The position numbers and the translations under genes were made by a program. A stretch of 63,880 nt of DNA, filler included, from Octopus bimaculoides (Eukaryota), in NCBI RefSeq assembly GCF_001194135.2. It is 8 parts of 7 records of this genome, joined end to end, with 100 filler letters (N's around TTAATTAATTAA, not from the genome) between each part and the next. Parts side by side here need not be neighbours in the genome. Positions count along the whole stretch, not along the records: positions 23,614 to 42,400 come from NC_068987.1; positions 42,501 to 45,506 come from NC_068982.1; positions 45,607 to 52,353 come from NC_068989.1; 5 more parts are not named here. One strand, 5' to 3'. The number at the start of each line of letters is the position of its first letter. Within the stretch, counting starts at the first letter, position 1. The notes under the pieces are model-generated. The model ran no database searches and was not told the DNA's origin. It worked only from the letters and a program-made list of their open reading frames with translations. Positions 38,050 through 50,854 of this stretch are shown piece by piece.

Positions 38050-39145
38050 CTATATCTATCTATGTATCTATCTACCTAGTAATACATATACAGATTGCTT
38101 GAGGCTCACTTTCTTCCTACACCTCTATCCTTGGATCTTACATTTATATATATATATATATATATATATGCATGCCTGAATATATGCAGAGAGACATAGG
38201 CACACAAATATTTTATGGACTATATTTACACATCCATCTATTGCTGGTGTTGCACACATATACAAATGCATACTGACACGTGCCTCTGTATTAACAGATG
38301 TACGTACATACGTACGTACATGCGCATACATTCATACATACCTACAATTACAAATAAACATACGTATATATACTTGTATACTTACATCCATTAACGAATA
38401 CACCCACACAGAGATATATACTTACAAGCTTCCAAATATACACTTATACATAAGTATCAATATACATATAACCGATGCTTCTATATTCGTACATATCTGG
38501 GTCCACCGTGTTTCAAGTTCGACCAGGCATCGGCACATACATTGCACTAGCTTTCGTAATAACTGGCCGTTACCCATGAGTGTAAGTCTCCCATTTACGC
38601 CAGCAATGTTTATCCAAGTATATTACCACCGACTCGAGACGATACAATTTGGCTCCGCTATTGTTACAGTACATTCATACACATGCGCGTTTCATCGTAT
38701 CGACCAGATTATCGGTTGTTATTAGACATCGCTGGTCACACTGCGCTTCCTCTCATTGTTGTAGCTTTCGAATCGAATGCTGCTCTGCTTACTAGACAGT
38801 CAGTGCAGCACTTGCCTGAACGGGTTGCCAGTCCGGCGCACGGTTGCTCATTCATATAGATATATTTATACATACATACATACATACATACATAATATAT
38901 ATATATATATATACATATATATATGTGTGTGTGTGCGTGCGTGTGTGCGTGCGTGTGTGTGTGTGTGCGTGTGTGATACACATCAAAACACGCATATGCA
39001 CACACGTGTATGTATGTATGAATGTAAGCGCGTGTGCGTACATCTGTTATTACATACAGACATGTCTGTATGCTTGTGTGTATATGCATATACACATACA
39101 CGCACACACACAAACACACACACACACACAAATGCATATATAGAT

Positions 39146-39206
<61 letters not shown>

Positions 39207-41294
39207 GCATATATATGTATGTTTGTATGTGTATGGCAGTGTGTGTGTGTGTGTGTGTGTATGTGTGTGTGTGTGCGTGCGCGCGTAGGTGTGTGCGTGC
39301 CGGCGCGCGCGCGTCCGATTTCTGTCCGATTCCGATGTTTAATGAATATTGGTCCATCTCTGATGTAAATCTTAATTTTTAATTAAACTTTTTCAATAAT
39401 TGATCCTTAACGAAACACAGAAACTGCTGAAACGATATCAGTATCAATAACAATAACAACAAACAACATCAACAACAAACAACAACAACAACAATAATAA
39501 AAGCAATTATAGTATAAATATAAATTAACAAAAATAAATCTCTGCATATTTAGTGCACTGACAAGTATTGATGACCTAAATTACATGAAAATTAATTACA
39601 TTTATTGATGGGGTTTTGTTTTCTAAAAGAGACTTTCTCTTTCTTTTTTTTATAATTCTAAAGCCTTGATATGTATTATTATAGACAGAGTGTCTCCATT
39701 TCGTTTCTTCTGTATACCCTATCTTGCTCTCTCTCTTTCTCTCTCTCTCTTTCTCTCTGTCTCATTCTCTGTCAATCATTCTCTCTCTCACTCTTTCTCC
39801 TTCTCTTTCCCCATAGATATATACTTACATAAACATATATACACACGTATGTATGTATGTATGTATACAAGTATGTATGTATGTATGTATGCATGTATAC
39901 AGAGAGGAAGAGAGAGAGAAACAGACAATGGAGGAGAGGAAATGTGTAAATATGTTCATATATGTATATTGCTTGCTACCTAAATATACGGTGTGGTAGG
40001 CGTGTATATGTCTATGCGAAGGTATGTGCTTATAACAGTGTCTTTGGGTATTTGTCTATGCGTGTGTGATTATGTTGGTTAACTGTAAACCAGTTCGTTT
40101 AAGAAGGGAAAGCGTATTTTTATGAATATCTTTCAGAAAACCTAGTTGGCCTTCCCATTCAGGCGAAGGAACAATTTCGTAAATACAGCAATAGCTTCCT
40201 CTGCTTCACCTCCAGTATACGATATAAGAATCTGTCAAGACACTTGCATTTTCACAGCAAATAAGACCAAACAGTAAAACTTATGAATTATCGCAGCGTT
40301 TTTGACCTGCAGCAACCATGCTCAACATTAGCTCAGATTTTAGTTCGAGTTTCTTCTTGTTATCCTCTTGAAACCCAGAACATTAAAACAGTGTACCACT
40401 GGCGTCAGTCAGTGAAAATCCTTTGAAATACATTGTGTTTTACGTAGTTTTATGTGTTTTTCTTTTAATTGACTTTCATTGACGTTTTCTTGAATCAGAA
40501 GAGAGTAAGGGAGAAAGAAAGAAAGAAGTGAGAGAGAAAGAAAGCGTGAGAAATAAATAAACGTACAAAGAAAAAGGGAATACTTTATTCTCTTTTTTTT
40601 TTATTTATTTATTTTAATGGAAAAATGTCAAAGATTGACTTCGAAGAAAAATAAAAGAGTATCCACCACCAACTTCACCACCGCCAGAAGAAAAAAAACC
40701 TTATCCGTTAAAAGGATTGCATAAAAGAGTTTTTGGCAAGAAGCGATATCTACCAAAGGATGCTTGTTACTTTGTAGAAACTTTCCACTCAGCATTACAT
40801 TCTGACTATAGAAAAGGAGGGNNNNNNNNNNNNNNNNNNNNNNNNNNNNNNNNNNNNNNNNNNNNNNNNNNNNNNNNNNNNNNNNNNNNNNNNNNNNNNN
40901 NNNNNNNNNNNNNNNNNNNNNNNNNNNNNNNNNNNNNNNNNNNNNNNNNNNNNNNNNNNNNNNNNNNNNNNNNNNNNNNNNNNNNNNNNNNNNNNNNNNN
41001 NNNNNNNNNNNNNNNNNNNNNNNTAGGAGGGGAGGGGAAGAGAAGGAGGGGGGAGTGCAGAATAGACAAAATATTCTTTTTTGGAGGAAATGATAAAATG
41101 TTTTATGTATAAAGATTTAGAAATAGAAACGTCTTGAATTGCATTTGGAAGTAGAAAAATAAAATAAACAGAACGAGATATAATAACCATAAATTGAGAG
41201 AAGGCTTGGACTAATGACAAAATGATAAAAATACACAATTGATTAAGATACCATAACTATGGTGGTCACAGAACTTTTATAGTAGTAGTAGTAA

Positions 41295-41332
<38 letters not shown>

Positions 41333-42089
41333 ATAAAAGCCAAGCGGCATTAGGTGTTATGTATACCATCCATAAAACGTTGGAATGGCAATAAAATAAA
41401 ATTTGTGAAAAGAAAAAAAGCAGCGTTTATGATATAGTTTTGTATTTTGAAGTTGTACTTTTGTGGCAGGTGATATAATCTGAGTTTCTATGTTGAAACT
41501 GAAACATAAAGCACACATAAAGCCTTATATTTATTTTTGATATATTTGATAAAACTATTAAGTGTTGTAATGCGAGAAACTATCAAAATATTTCGTCACA
41601 CATCTATAACCTGCTTGGTAACATTATTTTCACAGTAATATTTATTTTTGATGTAGTGGATGTAGTAAGAATCACTGGCGAGGTTGTAGGAGTTACGATG
41701 AAATGTTTTAACACTTAAAAGCCGTAGTGGATCATTTATCGATCACGGCAGAGAACATTCAGTTTATAGTCGTAAAATTAACGTATAGGTGGCTGAGTGT
41801 GTTACACAGACAAGCGTAACCTTAACACCATTACCTAAGCCACATCAGTATGACGTAATGTAACAAGGTTTTACTTTTGAATTATACGTATGTTCCAGAT
41901 TGGTACTTTATTTATCATTCCCAGACGGATCAAAGGCAAAGTTGATTTCGATGTAATTTGAAATCAGAGCGCAAAGAACCGTAACGAATATCACGAAACA
42001 TTCTATTCGCCGCTCTAACGATTCTGTCAAATTAATTGTATATGATACTGATGAAGGTAACTGTTGGGTTCACGAGAAATTTAGAAAGT

Positions 42090-42400
42090 TTAACTTCGGT
42101 CTTTGTGGCAGATCAGAGTCTGCTGAAACTGTAGAGACCGACTTAAGTGACTGTCTTGTCTTGTGTACCAGTCTTGTTTTGAAGATGTTTTCCATCGGTT
42201 TTGCTATTTTTCATCGGCCAGCCTCAGCCTCTTCCCTTACCTTTTTAAGCCATTATCTAAATCCAGTCTCCAGCGGGGGCGTTAGCCTACAATGTCTTCC
42301 CACCTTCTGACGTTCATGTATAGAAACTTCGTCTCTCCTTCAAACATCCTTGAAACAAAAAAGTTGTCTTTGTGTTCTATTATTCCAAGCATAAACCACA
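42090..42400 (-). mobile_element. RTE-clade LINE 3' end
   Basis: Minus-strand FKDVC(K)...MNVRRWEDI...PRWRLDLDNGLKK...VGLYS..R follows the RYKD.CK.D....WE..A.DR..WR..L..G / GL.SH.R pattern of RTE ORF ends. Confidence 0.6.
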
Positions 42401-43441
42401 NNNNNNNNNNNNNNNNNNNNNNNNNNNNNNNNNNNNNNNNNNNNTTAATTAATTAANNNNNNNNNNNNNNNNNNNNNNNNNNNNNNNNNNNNNNNNNNNN
42501 CACACACCTCTCTTTTACATACACACATGTATATTCACACAGAGCTGAAGCGCTTCCACTACCAGTTTGCCATCACCCCTTCCTTCCTTATTCATCTATC
42601 ACCCCTTCCTTTCTCATTCATATGTTGTGACGGAGAAAAACACAAGAGTATTATTATAGAGTATTATTGTGCGCACGTGTAGTATCATTGGTTATTATGG
42701 AAATAGAGTCTTTCACTATGGTGATGTGTAAAATATGCGCTTCTGATTAGCTAAACTACCCAAATTTTGCAAATTTTAAAGGCTAATAACTTTTTTTATC
42801 GTGGATTTATAAGGAAAATGAATTTCATTTTCACAATTAGTATACAAAACTTAATCCATATACTAAATGGGAAAACAACTGGAGCAAAATTGTAAACAGT
42901 GACCAAAACCTTATATAACACATTAACTAGAATATATTAAAGGAAAACATGTAGCGTACCGTAGATGAGTAAACAAAGAATCGCACATGATGTATGGAAA
43001 ACGAAACTCGGGAAGCGAGTGTGTGGTGTTTTGCATTTATGATAAAATAAATATATACAAATGATAAAAAATAATTTTAAACGTTTTTGTCGACATTGTT
43101 TCTGGCACATTGTCGAGCCAGAAACAATGTGCTTAATAGTTCCTCTTAGATCTCTACATATTACTATTGTTATTCCTGTCGTACTTTCTGCTTTTCATAT
43201 TTTAGGGCCAGCTTCAAACGATGGGCCTGAGGTGCTATAAGGGAGATGTCACTTATAAGGATTTTAGCTGTTGCTATAAATAAGAGTCTATTTATAGCAA
43301 CGCTGGTGCCTTGTGTACCCACAGTTATAATTATCAATTAATTATAAAATATGTGGATTCACCCTTATATTTGGCTTTAATGCTTGCTGACCACTGATAT
43401 TATTATTATTGTTATTTATTTATTTATTTAATAATAATAAC

Positions 43442-43528
<87 letters not shown>

Positions 43529-43559
43529 CTATATATATATATATATAAATGTATGTATT

Positions 43560-44190
43560 CTTTTTATTCTTTTATTCTTTTACTTGCTTCAGTCATTTGA
43601 CTGCGGTCACGCTGGAGCACCACCTTTTAGTCGAGCAAATCGACCCCAGGACTTATTCTTTGTAAGCCTAGTACTTATTCTAGAATAAGTACTAAATTAT
43701 GGGGACGTAAACACACCAGCATCGGATGTCAAGCGATGTTGGGTGACACACACACACAAAAACATATATACATATATATATGAATGGTTCCGGGTTCAGT
43801 TCCACCGCATGATACCTCTTCTACTATAGCCTCAGTTCGACCAAAACCTTGTGAGTGGATTTGGTAGAAGGAAACTGGAAGAAGCCCGTCGTATATGTAT
43901 GTATATATCTATGTATGTGCATGTTTGTCCGCCTCCACCCCGTATGACAACAAGTATTAATATGTCTATGTCCTAGTAACTTAGTGGTTCGGCAAAACAG
44001 TACGACAGAATCAGTACCAGGCTTTAAGAAATAAGTCCTGGTATTTCTTAAATACCAGGACTTTCTTAAAGTCCTGGTATTTAAGGACTTTGTTAAATAC
44101 CAGAAAGTCCTTGCCCAAGGTGTCACACAGTGAGACTGAACCCAGAAGCATGTGGTTAGGAAGCAAACTTCTTACCACACAGTTACGCCT
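43560..44190. mobile_element. Rearranged SINE family A cluster (minus tail, plus body, minus head)
   Basis: Minus tail 43560-43760, plus body 43787-44046, minus head 44110-44190. Palindromic insertions at 43669-43694 and 44033-44112. Confidence 0.85.
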
Positions 44191-45606
44191 GCACTTTACA
44201 TATGATATTTCATATAATGTTAAAAATATGTCACAGAATCAGTTTGTTAAGAGCTGCAAGTAAATAATTCAGGAAGTAATATAGGGCTAGAAAGAAAAAC
44301 CACAGTGTGAAAGAAGAATATTAGCGGATATAGAAGTGCTAAGAAGCGGTATTAACGTGTTTATGTTAGATAAAAGTAAGATGTATTGAAATCTATGGTG
44401 AAAGCATGTTGAACTAGATAGGAAGTACAACAAAAGGAACATATAGAAAAAAGAGTCTAACAATGGTTTAGTAGAATTAAAACAAATATTGATTGTGAAA
44501 ACAGTTAAGGTTAAACAGTATGAACTATGTGATAAGTCAGTGCAGACCGTAAAAGCCGTATGTTTAACAGTACTTTCAATATAAAACCAAATCAAAAGAT
44601 TGTTCATACCTAAGACATACTTTACTGTACTCAGTAGTGAAATGAAAACATGCGATTAAAATAAGAGAACTGAATATAACGACGGCTTCAAATTTTGGCA
44701 TAAGGCCAGCAATTTTGGGAAGAATGATTTAGTTGATTACATCAGCCCCAGTGCCCAACTGGTATTTATTTTATTGATCACGAAAAGATGCAAAGGCAAT
44801 GTCCACCTCGATGGAATTTGAGTTCAGAAAGTAAAGAGCCGGAAGAAACGCTATTAAGCACTTTGTCCGACGTACAAGCAATTCTGCCAACTCCGCACAT
44901 TAGTGTTGAATCTAATAATCCTTTCTATTATTATAAGCGAAAAGCCTGAAATTTTGGAGGAGGTGGATAAGTCAATTACTTCGACCCAAGTGCTCAACTG
45001 GTACTTATTTTATCGACCCTTAAATGATGAAAGGCCGAGTCGGCCCTGGCGGAATTAGAACTCGGGACGTAAAAACGAGCGAAATGCAGCTGAGCATTTT
45101 GTTCGGCAAACTAACTATTCTGCCAGCTCAATAGTGATCGTCCAGCAGTATACCCATTCATCTATACAGCATCCAGGATTGAATCCGCCATTTTAAAAAG
45201 TATAAAATTATACGTTGGTATGGTAGCATTGTTTGTTTATAAATTATAGAGTAGAGATTGTAATATATAATTAAAGTTAGATGCTTAAGTGAGTCGAAAG
45301 AAATCGGAATGTAAGTCTTCAATAAAACCGTTGATAACCAAGCATTACTTAGTTACATACACACAAAAGTAAATATTTGCAGTGGGAGATAGAGACATGA
45401 GAACAGGAGAAATAGACATAGACAAATATGTGTGTGCATGCGTATGTATGGATATATATGTAGGTGTGCGCGCGTGTATAGATATATATATATATATATA
45501 TATATANNNNNNNNNNNNNNNNNNNNNNNNNNNNNNNNNNNNNNNNNNNNTTAATTAATTAANNNNNNNNNNNNNNNNNNNNNNNNNNNNNNNNNNNNNN
45601 NNNNNN

Positions 45607-45892
45607 GGTTATGAAACACGTGTAATCTTTTTATTATATTTTTATTATATTTATCTTATGATATTTACTTTACTTTATATTATATTCATTTATTGTGCTT
45701 TTAATTATTAATTTTTCTATATGTGATAGTGGATTTTCATCGATGAGTTCTTGAAAATTGGTTATTTTCCCTAAAACTATATATTTTATATATACTTTAT
45801 CTATAAGGCTCAATTTAATTTTAATTTTTTATAAATTGATTTTAATTGAGTTTTTTACCTGTAATTTTGGATTTTGTCCCTAATATTATTAT
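45607..45892 (+). mobile_element. Young AT-rich repeat, probable Penelope pLTR tail; inverted near-identical copy at 63639-63880
   Basis: About 237 bp with one substitution versus the reverse complement of 63639-63880. Begins with the hammerhead half core GAAACACGTGTA (45613-45624) at the gap edge. Confidence 0.7.
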
Positions 45893-45921
45893 ATATATAT
45901 AGAAATATGTATATATATATA

Positions 45922-46284
45922 CGAGGGTGTATACGTATTGGTTTAATTATATCTTTATACAAGATCATACACACATTAAAAAACTGGCACCCCGTCGGTT
46001 ACGACAATCACAAGTATTCAAAACTTCTTCATCACTCTTCCAACTTCATTCTTCCTCTTGAAAATGTTTTCGCCTACTTGGGCTATATGTCATACCACTG
46101 CACGGCTGTCTGTTTGCTAATATTGCTGATGGACATGCAGCATATCACGAGCATTTCACATATAAAGCCCAGGATTATGTGGAAAAAGTGTGAAGACCGT
46201 CAATTGACTTTCTTCCATAAAAGCATCAAAAAATTATTTAGAAATTATAAAGAGAAACGAATGGTAGATTCGGACTGTCGGTAA
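45922..46284. mobile_element. Mariner-like remnants
   Basis: TA|CGAGGG terminus. Minus-strand YSP...HF / KSDEEV and plus-strand FFHKSIKKL peptides resemble mariner C-termini. Confidence 0.35.
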
Positions 46285-48859
46285 TTTAAAACCACAAATT
46301 AAAAAAAAATGCTGGGGAGAGAGAGGTTTCTTTCTTTGGCATAATCATATCAATTCCATTATGCAGAAGACAGAATCGAAAGAAAATTGTAAAAATTTGT
46401 AAAAATACAAAAGTTATGAGGGGTTTTAGCACGTGCTTACATCATAATTCTGCCCATTCATATATATATATANNNNNNNNNNGTGTGTGTGTGTGTGTGT
46501 GACCATAGTTCCTGTTTTGGATCTGATTTACTGAGAGCTCCAACAGCACTTTCTAGTAAGAAACTAATATCATGAAGAGCCTTTCCTTCTTATAGTCCGA
46601 AAGTCAACACTGATGAAAGTCAACAAAGACATTTTGGTTGAATTTAGACAATTTGAAGTGCGTCAAGATGAACGGAAGCCATGCATTTTGAACTCATTGA
46701 TCATACTGGTTACTTGAGTCATTTTTGATCCACAGAAATCCCTTCGTTGAATTCTTCAAACTGCTTCAAATAGCATAACACTGCCTGTAAGCGTTACAAC
46801 AATTTGTAGCAAATTGAGGGCTATAAAAGAGTTTTTCTCAAGCTGCTGATGATCAAGACTTGTCTGCGGAATTCTATGATTAAGTGATGTTACGAAAATC
46901 TGACTCGAAGATACCTTGTTTTGTTTTATGGCAAAACACCGAAACAGAAGAATTGCTTTTGTGTTCCATCATCTTTATCTATTGCTACTTTAGAATTACA
47001 TTCAAAATTGACATTCGAATTTATTTATTTGTATAATAAATACATTTAAACCTCATTTCTCAGATTTCATTCTTGTATAAAATTTTACCCGCCTTCATAG
47101 TTTTCTGGCTAAACTTTTACTGAGCTCCCACATAGAGGAAGTAGAACCAAAACATAAATGTCACAAATCGTAAAGACAATATAGGAATGAATTGTCTGTA
47201 AGAAAATATATATTTGATTTGAATATCAGAATACAGATTACTTAGAATTAATGTTGGGGTAAATGTGTCCAGTGTACAAAACAATTAAGAAAGATAAAAG
47301 AGATTCGTCAAGCGAAAAAATACCGTGGTAAAACACGTGAACCTACGCTAAATTATTTTTGTTATTGTTGGGTGCAGACGTTTAATGACCAGAATATATT
47401 CTCAGCAATTAAATGAAAACCTGTTGGGAGTCATTAGCTTTCTCAGGATCAATGAATATTACTTATTCTTAAAAAATTATATTGTTAATAGTATTGCTGT
47501 CTATAAACACATTGATTGACACGTGATGTTAATTAAGTACTTGTTTAACCATTTTGTGAAACAGCTCTGATACTATTGTTTTTATCATAAATAAAAAGGC
47601 CCAACCTATTTATGAATGGTTTATTTTTAGAAAAATACCATCAATGACAAAACCAATCTACCTATTTATAAATGTTTATTTTTGCTGTTTCTAAATACGG
47701 AATTTATGAAACCAATAAATTCCCACAATGTATGCAGTTGATCACGTTTATTGCGGCCTATATAAAGCGTTCATTTGAGACGTTTGTCAAACCTGTCCTT
47801 GTTTCGGAAAACAACATTCACCAATCTCTAAGAGGCAGAAAGAAGAGATAAATCAACTGGTCATCATGCTTCGCCAGTTGCTACTAGTAATAGTAGCTAT
47901 TTCTTATGTGAACAGCTACAGCTGTAAGTAAATTATACCGTTATTCATAATTCATTTCTTTCTTATTTTAAAGTTATTTCGTGCACTTTATCAACAGTAG
48001 TGTTATTACATCTAACTTCTCCATGCATGTTATTTAAAATATCAGTGCTACCTAAGACACTTTTCAGTGTTGGCTCTAATTTCTATAGAAAATCTATAGA
48101 GACAACTTTAAAAAATGATGTGTGTGTGTGCGCGCGAGTGTGTGTGTACATATATATATATAAATATATATATATANNNNNNNNNNNNNNNNNNNNNNNN
48201 NNNNNNNNNNNNNNNNNNNNNNNNNNNNNNNNNNNNNNNNNNNNNNNNNNNNNNNNNNNNNNNNNNNNNNNNNNNNNNNNNNNNNNNNNNNNNNNNNNNN
48301 NNNNNNNNNNNNNNNNNNNNNNNNNNNNNNNNNNNNNNNNNNNNNNNNNNNNNNNNNNNNNNNNNNNNNNNNNNNNNNNNNNNNNNNNNNNNNNNNNNNN
48401 NNNNNNNNNNNNNNNNNNNNNNNNNNNNNNNNNNNNNNNNNNNNNNNNNNNNNNNNNNNNNNNNNNNNNNNNNNNNNNNNNNNNNNNNNNNNNNNNNNNN
48501 NNNNNNNNNNNNNNNNNNNNNNNNNNNNNNNNNNNNNNNNNNNNNNNNNNNNNNNNNNNNNNNNNNNNNNNNNNNNNNNNNNNNNNNNNNNNNNNNNNNN
48601 NNNNNNNNNNNNNNNNNNNNNNNNNNNNNNNNNNNNNNNNNNNNNNNNNNNNNNNNNNNNNNNNNNNNNNNNNNNNNNNNNNNNNNNNNNNNNNNNNNNN
48701 NNNNNNNNNNNNNNNNNNNNNNNNNNNNNNNNNNNNNNNNNNNNNNNNNNNNNNNNNNNNNNNNNNNNNNNNNNNNNNNNNNNNNNNNNNNNNNNNNNNN
48801 NNNNNNNNNNNNNNNNNNNNNNNNNNNNNNNNNNNNNATATATATATATATATATATAT

Positions 48860-49330
48860 AAAGATGAGAATGTGTGTCTATCTGTCTGTATGTCTTTGTG
48901 TCTGTCTGTCTGTGTGAATCTCTAAAACTTGAGAACTACACAACCAATTTCATTCAAATTTTACACATGCCTTACTTAGGGTCCATGTAGTGTTTTAGGC
49001 CCAAAATTCTTTTAGTTTCATGCCTAGTGCAATCCCAGTGCAATATCACATCTCCTCCACTAGTGCAGTATTACGTATCAAAAGGAAAACAATAACATCT
49101 CTCTATTGTAATGTCAGATATTTTCACTTTAATAGTTTCACTTTAATACTGAAACTATTAAAGTGAAACTATTATCTCACATACATACAGGCATGCATAC
49201 ATATATACATACTTACATATATATAATATAAGCAGAGATACCGGGCGTTGCCCGTGTTACATGCAGTGGAAAAATTAAACTTTTCTGTTATATTTTCTCT
49301 AATGAACAGGAATATCCGTGATTCGAATTA
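48860..49330. mobile_element. Non-autonomous Helitron-like pieces (plus-strand 5' part; minus-strand 3' end)
   Basis: tatataaagatgagaatgtgtgtctatctgtctg...caaccaatttcattcaaattttacac. Minus-strand 3' hairpin CGGGC-aac-GCCCG followed by gtatctctgct (decayed CTAG end) at 49231-49256. 18-bp inverted repeat at 49123-49167. Confidence 0.55.
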
Positions 49331-49466
49331 GATGTATATATATATAGATGTACATGTATATATATAGATGTACATGTAATATGTACACATATATATATAC
49401 ACATATATACATGCATACATATATACACTCATACACACACATATATACGCACACACACACATACAT

Positions 49467-49795
49467 AGGTGCAGTTGTGGCTGTGTGGTAAGAAACTTAG
49501 TTCTAAAACACATGGTCGTGGGTTCAGTCCCACTGTCTGGTGACTTGGCATGTGTCTTCTACTATAGCCTCACACCAACCAAAGCCTTGTGAGTGGATTT
49601 TGTAGACAGAAACTGAAGGTAATCAATCGTATATATATGTATGTATATATGTAAGTGTATGTGTGTGTCTTTGTCTCTGTGTTTCTCCCTCATCACTGCT
49701 TCACAACTGCTGTTCATTTATTTACATCCCCATAACTTACTGGTTTGATTACAAGAAACTGATAGAATAAGTACCAGGCTTTTCAAAATAAAAAA
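49467..49795 (+). mobile_element. SINE family A copy (paralogous to 13261-13590)
   Basis: aggtgcagttgtggctgtgtggtaagaaacttag...gggttcagtcccactgtctgg. Shares flanks with the 13261 copy. Confidence 0.85.
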
Positions 49796-49864
49796 AAGGC
49801 AATAAGCTGTGTCTCATAGTTTTGTTTGCCCACTCAGTTGTATCTATCAAACTATCTTTTTGTG

Positions 49865-49909
<45 letters not shown>

Positions 49910-49947
49910 CACACACACATATATGTATGTATATGTGCACATTCATA

Positions 49948-50570
49948 TCTTTTATATAAATATCAATGTCTTTATGTGTGTTCGTGTGTTACTTATGTAT
50001 TCGAAAACTACTGCACCGATCCTAATGAAATTTGGAACACAAAATCCAAGCCTAGGGAGAAGGGTAATGCTGTGTGTTTCATTCAATTTCATGGACCAAA
50101 ATTACTGAATGGATGCTTATGATATTTGGAACTTAGATTCAATGCGTAAGGGCAGGTATAATGCAGTATGTTTGGTTTGAATTTGAGGGGTTAGAACCAC
50201 CATGAAAATTCATAATTTTCGATGTTGATGAAATTTCAACCATGGGTAATTGACACACATCAAGATGTATTTTCAAACTTCCCCCTTCTCATGAGGATTC
50301 TAAGACCCCCCCTAATGGGGGGCTTAACCCAAATTTTAGCCATTTTTTATGATCCAAAACTAGGTCAAAAGTACTGAATGGATCTTTATGAAATTTAGTA
50401 ATTATATTCTATGCTTAAGGGCCATAACCCCATGTAAATTCATATATTTTTGCTGTTGATGAAATTTTAACCATAGATATTAGACACAAATGAAGTAATA
50501 TTTCTAAAATTTCATCTTCATAGAAGTTAAAAAGACCTCTTCATGGAGACTTAACACCCACAATTTTGTT
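49948..50570 (+). mobile_element. Non-autonomous Helitron/Helentron-like element with internal imperfect ~270-bp tandem duplication
   Basis: A|TCTTTTATATAAATATC start. aaa.tactgaatggat..ttatga.attt..a and gttgatgaaattt.aaccat.g.ta.tt.gacaca recur at ~50098/50369 and ~50223/50455. Confidence 0.5.
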
Positions 50571-50854
50571 ATTTTATCTAAGCAAAGACGAATACAGTTG
50601 TACTCTTCGAAGCTGTAGGGTCACCCGAGCACAAATGATGACCGTTATTTGTAATTCAATGGTACAACAGTGTAAGAGTTTGCTTTGAGATATACTTACA
50701 TTGTGATTTCTGCAATGTGGTGCATAAATTGTCAAGTAAATGAGAGGCATCTTTGCTTCCACTGATTCAGTTGCAAAGTGTTGAGTAAAGTTATTTCCTT
50801 GCAGACCTCCTTTCAGTCTTTTTATTATCACTGGGTCACACATACTCCCCAGGT

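Noticed and set aside
40100-40265. 53-codon plus frame ending HLHFHSK*, similar to the TPHFHSK* end of ORF 1010-1327
   Set aside because: The nucleotide sequences are unrelated; treated as coincidence.
46500-46990. Possible decayed Transib/Chapaev-type N-terminal zinc-finger region on the minus strand
   Set aside because: Too many stops and frameshifts to recover the Cys pattern; not supportable without a search.
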